Both the position numbers and the translations under genes were made by a program. Shown in pieces: positions 31,501 through 41,299 of a DNA stretch of 64,000 nucleotides. The notes under the pieces are model-generated. The model was not told the origin of the DNA. It did not search any database and saw only the letters and a list, made by a program, of their open reading frames with translations. Position 1 is the first letter of the stretch; every line of letters starts with the position of its first letter. Source of the stretch: a virus (lineage: Duplodnaviria > Caudoviricetes); the IMG/VR virus record IMGVR_UViG_3300025589_000004, positions 34,812 to 98,811 of that record; one strand, written 5' to 3'.

Positions 31501-33015
31501 TTCATAATCTATATAATCTGATTTGATATTTAAATATTCATTAGCATCATAATATTCTATAATATCAATTGAAAATTTTGAATGTTTAGGTATATTAAAT
31601 AATCCACTTAATTCTGGATGCAAATTCATATTACTATAATATTTACCTGATAAATCAAATATGTAATTATCAAATAATTCTTTAACTAATACTTTTATTC
31701 CTTTATTAGATAAACTCAATAATTCTTTTTTGAGAAAGTTTTTAAAATATTCTCTGAATTTGCTAATATCTATACATAGATTTTTTAGAAACTTTGCAGT
31801 ATTACCTATATAATTATTATTGATAATAACTTCATTGTCATTGATAATACTAATAAAATCTTGATTACTATTTCTAATATATTCAAATTTATTTTTATCT
31901 AGATAATCTGAATATTTAAGGAAGAAATCATTATAATCAATTATTCCAAAATTATATACAAATCCGAAATATTCTTTTACTTTAACTTCACGTAATCTTT
32001 TGTTTTTATTCAATGCATAACTATCTTTAGTAATTAATTTATTTCTTTTAGCTAATTCCAAATTCAAGATTTGTTGCTCTAATAATGTATAATTTTCTAA
32101 CAAATCTATACCTAATTCTATTTTATCAGCTATAGTTTTGTAATCGAAAGTATATGTGATATTATTTTTGATGAGTAAGTCAATTATTTCTTGTTCTTCT
32201 TGTGATAATTGTGCATCAATATTGATTGTAGGTAAAATTTCTGGATATATATACTCAAATATATAGCCAGTAAGTCCAGTTGGTATATTTAGTTCTTCAG
32301 TTCTATATTTAAGATAAATAAATTTATTTAATACTTCTTTAAATACATATTCAACAAAATCATAGTATTCTTTATTAGAAACATATATATTGTTAGATAT
32401 ATATGCGGCATTATTAACATTTCCTGATAATTCAATTAATTGTATATATTCTTCTTTTGGTATTGCTACGTTAATATGTTGTATTGATGGAATATAAGTA
32501 TCTACAAATCCAGAAGTAAATCCAGAAACAAAAGGTGATATTGCAGATAGTCCATTTATAAATGCAGATGTAGTATTATAAAAATAATTATAATATAATC
32601 CAGATAATGTTTCATTTGTTAGAATTGTATCTGATTTTAGTAATAAGCTTTTATTTATAGAAAATATATTTATTAATTCTAGAATTTCTAATGGGAAGTT
32701 GGTTTTCTCTATGAAGTTTATTAAATTATTTTCTATATTAAATTGTTTAGCTAAATTGACTATAGAATCTACTTCAGCATAATCTATATCTTTGATATTA
32801 TTAATAAAATTATCTACTCGTTCATATAACTTATTGACAATGTCTGATGAAGTAATATCTAGAAATTGCCAGAAATCTTTATAATAACAATTATCTGGAT
32901 TATCTTTATATTTAAAATAATCATCTACTAACTCATTTTTAATCAGTGATTTAACAATGTAATCTAATATATTATCTTTTTTAATTTTAGTTATTTTTTG
33001 TATATCGAAGCTCAT
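28510..33015 (-). CDS. Large putative baseplate protein (gp7-like position)
   Basis: 1501 aa, directly after gp6; rich in xSG/xSA. Confidence 0.55.
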   Translation of the reverse strand: MSFDIQKITKIKKDNILDYIVKSLIKNELVDDYFKYKDNPDNCYYKDFWQFLDITSSDIVNKLYERVDNFINNIKDIDYAEVDSIVNLAKQFNIENNLINFIEKTNFPLEILELINIFSINKSLLLKSDTILTNETLSGLYYNYFYNTTSAFINGLSAISPFVSGFTSGFVDTYIPSIQHINVAIPKEEYIQLIELSGNVNNAAYISNNIYVSNKEYYDFVEYVFKEVLNKFIYLKYRTEELNIPTGLTGYIFEYIYPEILPTINIDAQLSQEEQEIIDLLIKNNITYTFDYKTIADKIELGIDLLENYTLLEQQILNLELAKRNKLITKDSYALNKNKRLREVKVKEYFGFVYNFGIIDYNDFFLKYSDYLDKNKFEYIRNSNQDFISIINDNEVIINNNYIGNTAKFLKNLCIDISKFREYFKNFLKKELLSLSNKGIKVLVKELFDNYIFDLSGKYYSNMNLHPELSGLFNIPKHSKFSIDIIEYYDANEYLNIKSDYIDYENDKRFDLDIYKLREKYFNPEENNYLFTDSDISGFYYNQLNLPISANIPTLSAFQETIFNSSHLSAFITSKANSIQYYNKHYLPIINIFSLDISDKIITGEPSGIFKNNYTPYIINNILVNDDCWYIPPSGKLFGSLINSNQKFTNYITNSGEASGYYIDATQQNIPIITSNSAIEYGNIKKSINYKGNIYDISGIVDNLLIYKYNTTEDNIYNISGSFDGELLLSGDLIDFYYDIVLSGIENFQKKKVELYNRFLHYKLPIIDINLALNSEERDYNNFLTEEEKSQLFTVTSGFSVKSINNTYVSGFPIHFDFYSTYNTNYSDLYTDNNIDIYKRYINAGGFGINNPYNYKNNIHPTIAILPNLKRFIEKIVDDITTVFNDILIYAFDYIINDYNKLDRMLNNYGSFINSWMKDNIDYTFYQTFYEYNMNLDKYDNENKYIDFNGPWNIDALNSYLTDTDNYITKLENNTNKYYQYLKDFKSADAKFNANILKLLKLVDDDTNYNGFGLDTIKQLIDKHIYSFGLDSYRNEWFLYKNKNIFEYPGRLFVRMRSYPLALPAELFINNIDHNSFKNIKYILDFKIYGNTLILITDNPISPKILFCKIAMTRADFKSPKRISLYVEPIHGLEYFDYSQIERLYIGCYIYDNKLFLVDAEADKYNNTLPVNPNNPNEYLLKINNRYYDLVDGTISNEISNITIPVKFNLAYGDLFKTYYILADSDNVGDTVYYQLADDSEFKYYLLNIKGLSENILESASLIKLSKTKGYLSLSYTCDMKFNRFYNYFNVSGDYFNLYHDKKELSKTMQPIQMPVDGLTIIRLYDDEDSGVLSLDSVYYCRPLSNLKHLPILSRPEFDYDNRIADDIDTIKDKLTNGIYIQYFASNYPKEFDIIPFGLVKIDDVIYRIYIDFNKYRSFENYSKIKFYNDNFRCIESDISGSYRFNEDIDTLDSTILIFDDLDSYGRIDSYNNEEKEEKSLNKIDKYIINTVRNGFHVYSK

Positions 33016-33031
33016 ATTAAATTATTAATAA

Positions 33032-34885
33032 TTAAAATTCAATTGTAGTTGTAGTTAAGATAGGAACATCAGTTATTATTTTAATCCGTTTAGATAATAT
33101 TTCAAAATCTTCTAGATATTTAGGAAATTGAAACTTTTCTAATAAATAATCAGACCTAACATAATCAAAATCTAATCCATCAACAATAGATTTACTAAAT
33201 GCACCAAAAGACAGTCCATTTATTATTACATTTTTACTTACATCATTCTTGTCTTGAAATATTGTTCTAATTCTCTTTACTCCATCTATACTCATCAACT
33301 GATTTTCAAGCTCAGATATATTAACAGTACATCCAATACTAAAATTAGTTTCATTAAAGAAATTACTAATAGTACTTATCACTTTAGCTTTAATAGTCTC
33401 TGGTAATACTAATATATTTCTATCTATTAATACCTCAATATAATTCTCATAATCAGAATCAAAATTCTTTATATCATAATTATTATTATATGCACAAATA
33501 ACAAAATATTTAAATATAGGAGATAATATTACAACTTCAGAAGTCAATAATTTAACATCATTTAATTTATTCTCTATTTCTTGGAAACTAATATCTACAT
33601 CATTCCTGCTCTTAACAAATATATATATATTATTAAAATCACAAGCATCAGCAAATCTATATTCATACCTATTAAATATAGTTGGTGTTATCAACTTCAC
33701 ATTAAACTTATTCTCTAAATTATATAACCAACCATATAACGAAGATACATACTCAAAATTATTCATTGCCTTTACTGATATTATATTACTAGAATATGCC
33801 ATTTTAACATAATTCTCATAATCATAAATATTCTTTAATGTGCCGCCAGTTTTATAAAGTAATGGTGCATTATTTTTTATTTCTTCTACAGATTCCTCTA
33901 ATACAGCATCAGATGATTCTAATATATTCTCAAAATATATATCTTGCATTTCAGTTTGAGATAAATATTGCGTATAATCTAGAAATATTTCTTGAAATAA
34001 TGCATCATCCATACCAACTATACCATAAGTGGTATATCGTTTAGTAGATGATTCACTTAATTCTCCAGGCGCCAATTTAGCTTCTGGACCATTAGCTTCT
34101 AAATAAGCAATATAAATTTCATCACCAGATAATAGTCTAGAACCATATATATTATTACCAAATGTAATAGTTATTGATTTATTTTCGTTTAATCTTAATC
34201 TGAATACATTATCTGTAGGTTTCAACATAGATAATGTTTTAATATCATTCAAAAATAATCCAGTTTCTATCGGAGTGAACTTTAACCAACTAATACTATT
34301 ATTTATTCTACGTTTAACAAATACATCAATAAATGGAAATGCTACATATTTCTGTTCATCAGAATCAGAATATATATTCAATGTAAATGTTTCAAAATCT
34401 ATTCCACTGGCTATAAATGTTGTTGGTAATAATTTCCAAATACCATTATATAATTTAATATCTTTAACTGTATTATTAATATATTTATAATCTACTGTAG
34501 AGTAATATATCGGATATCCTCTATTATCTGTTTTATTTGATACTCTTACTCTAGTATATTTTGGTAAAATCTTTAATATATCAGAATTATATCCTTTAAT
34601 TTGTGCATTTACATAGCAGGTTTTATAACCGCGTGGATTATAATCTAGTATTTTAACTAATTTATTTATATTTTGATATAATTCAGTATCTACAAAATTG
34701 ACTTCAGATGATGTTTGATTCAAATAAAACATTATAGTTTGATAGAAATAAGCAAATATATCTATTAGAACATTTAAACTAGAGTTTTTAAAGATAAAGT
34801 CTGTAAATTCTTTAGATTCTGCTAATTTAGTTTCAATTAATTTTTTAATATTATAAGCATTAAATGCAAGATAATCATTTTTCAT
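33032..34885 (-). CDS. gp6: Baseplate wedge protein
   Basis: FTDFIFKNSSLNVLIDIFAY, YNPRG, ITFGNNIYG, ESVEEIKNNAP, DYE. Confidence 0.85.
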   Translation of the reverse strand: MKNDYLAFNAYNIKKLIETKLAESKEFTDFIFKNSSLNVLIDIFAYFYQTIMFYLNQTSSEVNFVDTELYQNINKLVKILDYNPRGYKTCYVNAQIKGYNSDILKILPKYTRVRVSNKTDNRGYPIYYSTVDYKYINNTVKDIKLYNGIWKLLPTTFIASGIDFETFTLNIYSDSDEQKYVAFPFIDVFVKRRINNSISWLKFTPIETGLFLNDIKTLSMLKPTDNVFRLRLNENKSITITFGNNIYGSRLLSGDEIYIAYLEANGPEAKLAPGELSESSTKRYTTYGIVGMDDALFQEIFLDYTQYLSQTEMQDIYFENILESSDAVLEESVEEIKNNAPLLYKTGGTLKNIYDYENYVKMAYSSNIISVKAMNNFEYVSSLYGWLYNLENKFNVKLITPTIFNRYEYRFADACDFNNIYIFVKSRNDVDISFQEIENKLNDVKLLTSEVVILSPIFKYFVICAYNNNYDIKNFDSDYENYIEVLIDRNILVLPETIKAKVISTISNFFNETNFSIGCTVNISELENQLMSIDGVKRIRTIFQDKNDVSKNVIINGLSFGAFSKSIVDGLDFDYVRSDYLLEKFQFPKYLEDFEILSKRIKIITDVPILTTTTIEF

Positions 34886-35005
34886 TTAAATATATCCTTA
34901 ATGTTATTGTTTCAAATCAAGAATTAAATAAGATTATCTTATATCTAGATTATATTTATATTTATTTATATTTAATTTTCTGTTTTTATTATATTATTTG
35001 TTTTA

Positions 35006-35347
35006 TTATTGATAATCATTATATTCAGAATATATAGAATCACTGTGATTTAACAAATAATTGGAAATAATATTTTCTATTTTTTCTTCAATTTTTGATT
35101 CTTCATCTTCAAAATCTAAATTAGCAATATCAGATAGCATATTTTTAAATGTTGATAGAGGAATATCTTTTTCAAAATCTAAAACTCGTTCCATATTATT
35201 CAAAATTAATAATATCTTTGAATTATCTAAATCAAATAAATCATTTACATTCTTTTTGAAAATATCTAATATATTAATATTAATACTTAACAAATTAAGT
35301 ATTCCACGCATTATCTTATCTGGTATTTTTGGATTAGCATATTTAGC
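35006..35347 (-). pseudogene. Truncated member of the DVSxYAxP repeat family
   Basis: In-frame sequence upstream of ATG 35311 reads AKYANPKIPDKIM, like FADPKISANKM and YADPIISANKM in the paralogs; abuts the 52-bp repeat. Confidence 0.5.
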
Positions 35348-35359
35348 AAAAAAGAAGAT

Positions 35360-35411
35360 TTTTTTGATTTTTTAGCTAAATCATATAAGTTATTGATAAT
35401 GATATAGTTAT
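35360..35411 (-). repeat. 52-bp perfect inverted repeat, left copy
   Basis: Reverse complement equals 47035..47086: ATAACTATATCATTATCAATAACTTATATGATTTAGCTAAAAAATCAAAAAA. Confidence 0.95.
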
Positions 35412-36310
35412 GTAGTTAATGATTTAAATATATTTATAAGATTTTGGTTATCAATAGAATGCGTGTTTTCTGCTAAACTATTTTTAGCATATCTCATATT
35501 AGTTGCATCAATATACATACTAAATTGACCATCATCACCGAGATAATGTTTATCTAATAATTGTTTTGAAAGAATTTCCTTCAATCTTAACTGTTCTATA
35601 GCCAAATTATCAAATGCAACTATACATTTAGAACTAAATATACTATTAAAAAACATTCCAAATAACAATGCCCACTCACGGATTATTCTACGATTTTTAG
35701 AATAGTATTCTACACCACGCCCTTTATTTTTGAAACCTAACACTAAAATTCTAATAATATCATCATCTAACTTCATCATTTTTTCATAAGATTCTAAAGG
35801 AAATACACCAACAATTGTATGATATACTTTATGTCCATTTATCAATTTGCTGTCTTCTATTAGTGTATCACAATTATTAACACTAATACCAATGCCGTAT
35901 AACAAATTATCAGATATTAGTCTATTAATATATTTAAAATAAGATTTAATATCAGATTGATTAATTGTTATATTAGCTATCATTTTTTTAGATTTTAAAA
36001 AATATAATATGTTAGTTAATTCTGGATGTAATAATGGATTACCACCACCAATAGCAACTTCAACACCTGGATAATCTCTATCAAATATCACTTCCAAATC
36101 AGATATTTTACAATGTCTTCCTTTATCATTACAATTATCATAACAAAATGGACAATTATGTTTACATATAGATGTAATTTTCAAATCAATTGACTCAGGA
36201 AATTCTGGCTTTGGCTTTTCATTATCTGGATATTCTCTTATTTTTGTACCATCATCATATAATTTAACTACCATATTGCCATTATTATATTTAACTATTT
36301 CACTATTCAT
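35408..36310 (-). CDS. Radical SAM protein
   Basis: PESIDLKITSICKHNCPFC (CxxxCxxC), IGGGNPLLHP; no SPASM cysteine cluster seen. Confidence 0.9.
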   Translation of the reverse strand: MNSEIVKYNNGNMVVKLYDDGTKIREYPDNEKPKPEFPESIDLKITSICKHNCPFCYDNCNDKGRHCKISDLEVIFDRDYPGVEVAIGGGNPLLHPELTNILYFLKSKKMIANITINQSDIKSYFKYINRLISDNLLYGIGISVNNCDTLIEDSKLINGHKVYHTIVGVFPLESYEKMMKLDDDIIRILVLGFKNKGRGVEYYSKNRRIIREWALLFGMFFNSIFSSKCIVAFDNLAIEQLRLKEILSKQLLDKHYLGDDGQFSMYIDATNMRYAKNSLAENTHSIDNQNLINIFKSLTT

Positions 36311-36384
36311 GTTATAGCCCCTGTTATCTTATTAAAATATTGATAGTATCTATTAATATCTATAATTGTAACTTTATCATTCAT
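36307..36384 (-). CDS. 25-aa peptide coupled to the radical SAM gene
   Basis: MNDKVTIIDINRYYQYFNKITGAIT; GAGGA RBS; stop overlaps the rSAM start (ATGA). Confidence 0.5.
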   Translation of the reverse strand: MNDKVTIIDINRYYQYFNKITGAIT

Positions 36385-36402
36385 TTATCATCCTCATCTA
36401 AT

Positions 36403-36411
36403 ATTATACCA
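36403..36411 (-). promoter_or_regulatory. Extended -10 promoter
   Basis: TGGTATAAT, intergenic, 18 nt upstream of the peptide ATG. Confidence 0.65.
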
Positions 36412-36430
36412 AAATATGAGAAAATAAACA

Positions 36431-38044
36431 CTAAAATAATTCTTCAGAATAAAAATCGGTATTAATAAATAATAAACTATTACCATCAGAATATAACAAT
36501 GTATTATTATCTATTGTTATATATTCATTATCAGTTTCTATTTTATTACGCAATCTATATAATTTTTGCAATTCCAGTTTTTCTATCAAATAATCATTGT
36601 ATTTAACTGAATTAGTTATCTGATATAGCTTTTTATCTAAATCCCTAAAAAATAAATTATAACCATCAGATTCTAGATATTTATATCTTGATTTAGATAT
36701 AGTATTGTTATCAATTACAATTATTTCTGGATATCCAGAAATAGCAGTAGAGAAAATAGAATATCCAGAAATAGAATTAGAAGGAACATAATATAATGTA
36801 ATGCTGTCAGTAAACAAATGTGAATTATTACCAAAACTATATATAATTCCAGATAAACTATCTATCTTTTCTAAATTATCTACAGATAAATCTACTCTAT
36901 CATTATTATAACTTGTAATCACTTCACTAGATACTCCACCATATCGACCATATATTCTATCAGCTAATATACCATCATTTTGTACTGCAGATATATTATA
37001 GTTAAACAAATCATCAGCAAATTTTTCTAGAATTCTATTCTCTGTCATAATTGTAGCAGAAGTAATAGCATCTCTTTCATTTGTAGCAATACCGTCTTCA
37101 AATGAAGGATATCTGCGCATAACTTCACAAGCATAGACATATTTCTGTAATAATGGATTAAGTCCATTTGGTGCTATATTTTGTGGAATTATATTAATAA
37201 TTTCAAATTCTTCATAGTTATTTTGTGTAATAGCCGATGTTGGTAAGAATTTATTGTTATCAAATATTGGTAATATCAAATAATCACCAACAGTAGGTTT
37301 AGCTACATTATATTTACCTTCAGCATAATCAGAATATACTTTATAAACTATAATTCCTTGTAAATTAACCAATAAATTATAATCATCAATTACTTCTTTA
37401 ATTCTAGCTCTAAATGCAGAAAATGTAACATTTTCATAATCATATTTATTAGGTAGATATAATAATGGATTAACATATACATTATTATCGTAATTAGTAA
37501 ATTTGAACATATTAATATTATTATCTAAATCTTTAATCAACTCTAGGTTTTGATTGATATAATCACCACACACTGTTCCAGAAATTATACCTGATAGTAT
37601 ATTATCTTCTGATATATATTCTGCGGAGACTAATGTTGGAATATCACCAGAAATATTTACTGGAATATCTATATCAATCTTAATTTGTCGTTGTTGCAAA
37701 AGATTAGCAAATAAGAATTCAAAATCTCGGATATCGAAATATACAGTATACTTTTGCTGGCTTTCTAATCCGAATTTAGATAATATAAAAGAATCTGTAG
37801 TTACATCTAAATATATTGGCAATTCTCCAGATACTACATATCTTGGCACTTCTTCGTCTAATGCATAATTAGCAAATTCCTCATATATATTAGGATATTG
37901 AATATCCTGTTTAACATAGACGGCATTAATACCATATATTTTTATTATATCTCTAAAATAATCTCTAAAGACTAATCTAGTAGGATATATATCCTTTTGA
38001 TTGAGATATTTAAGTATATTTATTGGTTTTGGCTCAATTTGCAT
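36431..38044 (-). CDS. gp14: Neck protein with large insertions
   Basis: IKIYGINAVY, LSKFGLE, PTVGDYLILP; 537 aa, about twice the T4 length. Confidence 0.7.
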   Translation of the reverse strand: MQIEPKPINILKYLNQKDIYPTRLVFRDYFRDIIKIYGINAVYVKQDIQYPNIYEEFANYALDEEVPRYVVSGELPIYLDVTTDSFILSKFGLESQQKYTVYFDIRDFEFLFANLLQQRQIKIDIDIPVNISGDIPTLVSAEYISEDNILSGIISGTVCGDYINQNLELIKDLDNNINMFKFTNYDNNVYVNPLLYLPNKYDYENVTFSAFRARIKEVIDDYNLLVNLQGIIVYKVYSDYAEGKYNVAKPTVGDYLILPIFDNNKFLPTSAITQNNYEEFEIINIIPQNIAPNGLNPLLQKYVYACEVMRRYPSFEDGIATNERDAITSATIMTENRILEKFADDLFNYNISAVQNDGILADRIYGRYGGVSSEVITSYNNDRVDLSVDNLEKIDSLSGIIYSFGNNSHLFTDSITLYYVPSNSISGYSIFSTAISGYPEIIVIDNNTISKSRYKYLESDGYNLFFRDLDKKLYQITNSVKYNDYLIEKLELQKLYRLRNKIETDNEYITIDNNTLLYSDGNSLLFINTDFYSEELF

Positions 38045-38087
38045 TTTTAAATTAAATAGATAAATAATTGTAGTTATTTTCTATTAT

Positions 38088-38099
38088 TATTTATAAATA
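38088..38099. promoter_or_regulatory. Bidirectional T4-late-like promoter
   Basis: Palindrome TATTTATAAATA gives TATAAATA on both strands between divergent structural genes; same 12-mer at 10526..10537. Confidence 0.5.
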
Positions 38100-38136
38100 C
38101 AAATATTAAAATATCTATTTTTATATTAAAATTAAA

Positions 38137-38799
38137 ATGGAAATCAAAAATACCAATATTAGAAAATATCAATTCGCCGATTTAGCATTAGAGAATAATC
38201 TAGCAAGTAATACTAAATGGTTGGTGCATATCCCACTAGAAAATCTATTTAGGCATACTTATAAAAATGTAGTATTGAATATTAATAGTATTCAATTACC
38301 AGATTTAAATGTATCTACATATCAATTAAGATATTTCGGTAAAACTGTAGAATTACCGACAAAAGTATTTACACCAGAATCACAAACGGTTAGATTTGAG
38401 TATATGTTAAGTTCAAATTATTTTCAATATATAGCATTAATGATGTGGTTGCAAGTATTAACACTAGAAATGCAACATGATAATACAAATATCCCAATAG
38501 ATCTGATTAAAAAAGATTTAGAAGATTATAGGTTGCCTATAACATTATATTTATTATCTGAATTTAAAGTGCCAATATGTAAGTTTACATTTGATAAAAG
38601 CTGGATAAAGGAGATTGAGCCGATAAATTTTGATTATAAAAATCCATCAGATGACCCGATAATAGGCTCGTTTGTTATTGGGTTTCTTAAATTACGGTTC
38701 GAAATAATGACTGATGCTTTTGCTTTGGATTCTAGAAAAAGTAACTATAATAAACCGATTGATTCAGAGTCTAGTGTAATACCACCTGTTTCAACATAG
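38137..38799 (+). CDS. Tail-tube-fold protein (gp3 tail completion-like)
   Basis: SIQLPDL, VRFEYMLSSNY..Y..LMMWL, FTFDKSWI...INFDY. Confidence 0.65.
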   Translation: MEIKNTNIRKYQFADLALENNLASNTKWLVHIPLENLFRHTYKNVVLNINSIQLPDLNVSTYQLRYFGKTVELPTKVFTPESQTVRFEYMLSSNYFQYIALMMWLQVLTLEMQHDNTNIPIDLIKKDLEDYRLPITLYLLSEFKVPICKFTFDKSWIKEIEPINFDYKNPSDDPIIGSFVIGFLKLRFEIMTDAFALDSRKSNYNKPIDSESSVIPPVST

Positions 38800-38812
38800 A
38801 ATATGAATTATA

Positions 38813-39142
38813 ATGAACATTATTTTATTAATATTAAAACAAAAAATAATGTTTATTGTAGATAATTATCAAATTATAATTCTTTTGAGTAAAATGTTTC
38901 CACAATTATTTGTTGATGTTAAAATCAATAATTTAGTAGCTATTAAATCAGATTATTATATAATAGAGATACCTAAAATACGAATTATTAAATTAGATAA
39001 ATCAAATCTTAAAAGAGTAATTAAATATCTGGAAACAAAGAATATTAAACCAATAATTATTCAAATAAAGACAAAAGATGATTTAGTAAATCTATTTATT
39101 AAATACTTTAATAGTTTAGCTACAAATAAAATTAATATCTGA
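38813..39142 (+). CDS. Hypothetical protein
   Basis: 109-aa ORF filling the gap between larger genes. Confidence 0.45.
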   Translation: MNIILLILKQKIMFIVDNYQIIILLSKMFPQLFVDVKINNLVAIKSDYYIIEIPKIRIIKLDKSNLKRVIKYLETKNIKPIIIQIKTKDDLVNLFIKYFNSLATNKINI

Positions 39143-39185
39143 TAATTATTATATTTCTGTTAATGTATTTATTTTCTAATTTGTT

Positions 39186-40694
39186 TTAATTTATTTTTAA
39201 TTCATTTGAATTTATTATTATATGGGGTAAAGATTTAATAAATTGTTTATTTAATTTATATTCTATTCCTATTTTCATAGCAGGTTTATCTATACTTTTA
39301 GTTGCTGTACCAAATGTTTTTAATGAAACATCAACTATACATCTAATTAAATCTGACGGTTTTAATAAATATTTATTATCATTTATTATTTGTCTAAGTA
39401 TATTATTTTTTGATAAATCAATAATATATATTAAATAATTTGCTCCTTCTTTATCAACTAAACAATATAAATCTATATTTTTATTTTGTAATAAACAGTT
39501 TAAAGCCTCAAAAACAATCTGAATCATTAAATCTTTATCTAATTCTCCAATTTTTCTAAATTCATCTGGTAATCTTCCAGATTTTAAAAAATCACCAGCA
39601 TCTATATTTAAATCATCTTTAGAGATATTTGTTTTTGTTAACCCTTCTCTATATAATAATACATTTTTAAAATTATATTTATCTCCTAAATTACGCCATA
39701 TTTCAATAACAGTTCCAGGAAAACCAACTAATATAAAATCATCTTCAGTTTCTTTTTTATAACTTACAGTATCTGCTATTTCTTTTCTAAGTAATTTAAT
39801 ATCTTTTTCTGTATATTTGGGATTTTTATAATTTAATAATATTTCATCTACTATATCTTCTATCTCTTTTTTATATTTTTCTGTCGATAACATTATGTAT
39901 TCTGATAAAGTTTCTGCTTTACCATTAGATAATTTTTTAGCTATATTATTAAATAATTGCATATCTAAATCATGGCTTCTATTTTTGTCAAATTTATTAA
40001 CAATTTTATAAAAGAAATACGAAGAATCTTTATAAATTAACTTTACTTCACAAATAATATTATTACCATCTATTTCAATAATTACATCTTCTTTAGTACT
40101 ACCAATAGCTTTTTCAGCACCAATAAAATTTATATTAGATAAATATTCTGGTTTTATTATTTTCTTTAAAGCTAATATAACTATATGCTCTGATTGTTTT
40201 CCAGTTTCTGTTCTATCTTGTCTACTTTTTCTACCAATAATTATTGGTTTTTGAATACTACTTATTTTAAGATAATATTCTTTATCAGAATGTTTAGATA
40301 AAAATACTTTAACAAAAAATGAATTTTTTGAAAGGTTAAGTAATCTTAATTTTTTAGGATTATTTGAATTTTTTTTAATTAAATCATTTACATTTAAATT
40401 TACTATTGCCAATAATTCTGGAATTTTATATATTAAAAAATCTTCAAAATTACTGCCAGTAAATTCATTCATATATATAGTATTATTATTTATTGGTAAT
40501 TCTTCTGACAAATATATATTTTTATCATCTAATGAAATAAATAATGCTGATTCAGGATTTATTTTAAATTCATTTGTTAATTGGTAATATTGAGTATGTG
40601 ATCCTGGCATTATTTTACCAGAATCAGATTTAGATTTACTTGGAAAATGCTCTGCTTTTAAATATCTAATATTATAATCTTGATCTATATTCAT
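39186..40694 (-). CDS. PD-(D/E)XK nuclease-domain protein
   Basis: GKQSE...KEDVII...ICEVK. Confidence 0.55.
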   Translation of the reverse strand: MNIDQDYNIRYLKAEHFPSKSKSDSGKIMPGSHTQYYQLTNEFKINPESALFISLDDKNIYLSEELPINNNTIYMNEFTGSNFEDFLIYKIPELLAIVNLNVNDLIKKNSNNPKKLRLLNLSKNSFFVKVFLSKHSDKEYYLKISSIQKPIIIGRKSRQDRTETGKQSEHIVILALKKIIKPEYLSNINFIGAEKAIGSTKEDVIIEIDGNNIICEVKLIYKDSSYFFYKIVNKFDKNRSHDLDMQLFNNIAKKLSNGKAETLSEYIMLSTEKYKKEIEDIVDEILLNYKNPKYTEKDIKLLRKEIADTVSYKKETEDDFILVGFPGTVIEIWRNLGDKYNFKNVLLYREGLTKTNISKDDLNIDAGDFLKSGRLPDEFRKIGELDKDLMIQIVFEALNCLLQNKNIDLYCLVDKEGANYLIYIIDLSKNNILRQIINDNKYLLKPSDLIRCIVDVSLKTFGTATKSIDKPAMKIGIEYKLNKQFIKSLPHIIINSNELKIN

Positions 40695-40744
40695 TGTTTA
40701 TTGTTTATAAATAATTGTTAATACATTTAATAAATATATTTATT

Positions 40745-41272
40745 ATGAATAATTTAAAATCTATTAAACAAATTGCGTATATTAGAAATATATTAAATCA
40801 GAAATCGTATAAAGGGATATTTAATCCGGTTAATAAAGATAAGTATATAGGCAAATTTCCTATTAATTTTAAATCTGGATATGAATTGAAGTTTATGCAA
40901 TATTGTGATTTGTGTGAGAATATAAAAAAATGGGGATATGAAACCCATATAATAGAATATGTAGATTTTCTTAATAAAACTTCTGATAATTCTCCTATTA
41001 TAAGACGATATTTTACTGATTTTTATGTAGAATATTATAATCCAATAAATAACCAAATAAAGAAATGTTTAATTGAAATTAAATCATCTAATCAAGTTAA
41101 ACCACCAATTAGAGGTAAGAATAAAGAGACATTATTAGAAAAACAGAAGATATTTATTAAAAATATGGAAAAATGGAAGGCTGCAAAAGAGTATTGTAAA
41201 AAACACAATATGGATTTTTATATTATAACCGAGCAACAGCTAAATAAATCTAATTTTAATTTTATAGCATAA
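40745..41272 (+). CDS. gp4: Head completion nuclease
   Basis: YKGIFNP.N.DKY.G, SGYELKFM.YCD, RYFTDF, LIEIK, KWKAAKEYC, FYIITE. Confidence 0.85.
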   Translation: MNNLKSIKQIAYIRNILNQKSYKGIFNPVNKDKYIGKFPINFKSGYELKFMQYCDLCENIKKWGYETHIIEYVDFLNKTSDNSPIIRRYFTDFYVEYYNPINNQIKKCLIEIKSSNQVKPPIRGKNKETLLEKQKIFIKNMEKWKAAKEYCKKHNMDFYIITEQQLNKSNFNFIA

Positions 41273-41299
41273 TGATAATTCATTGATAATTCATGTTAA

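Noticed and set aside
28510-33015. Diversity-generating retroelement
   Set aside because: No reverse transcriptase and no adenine-variable TR/VR pair seen in the window.
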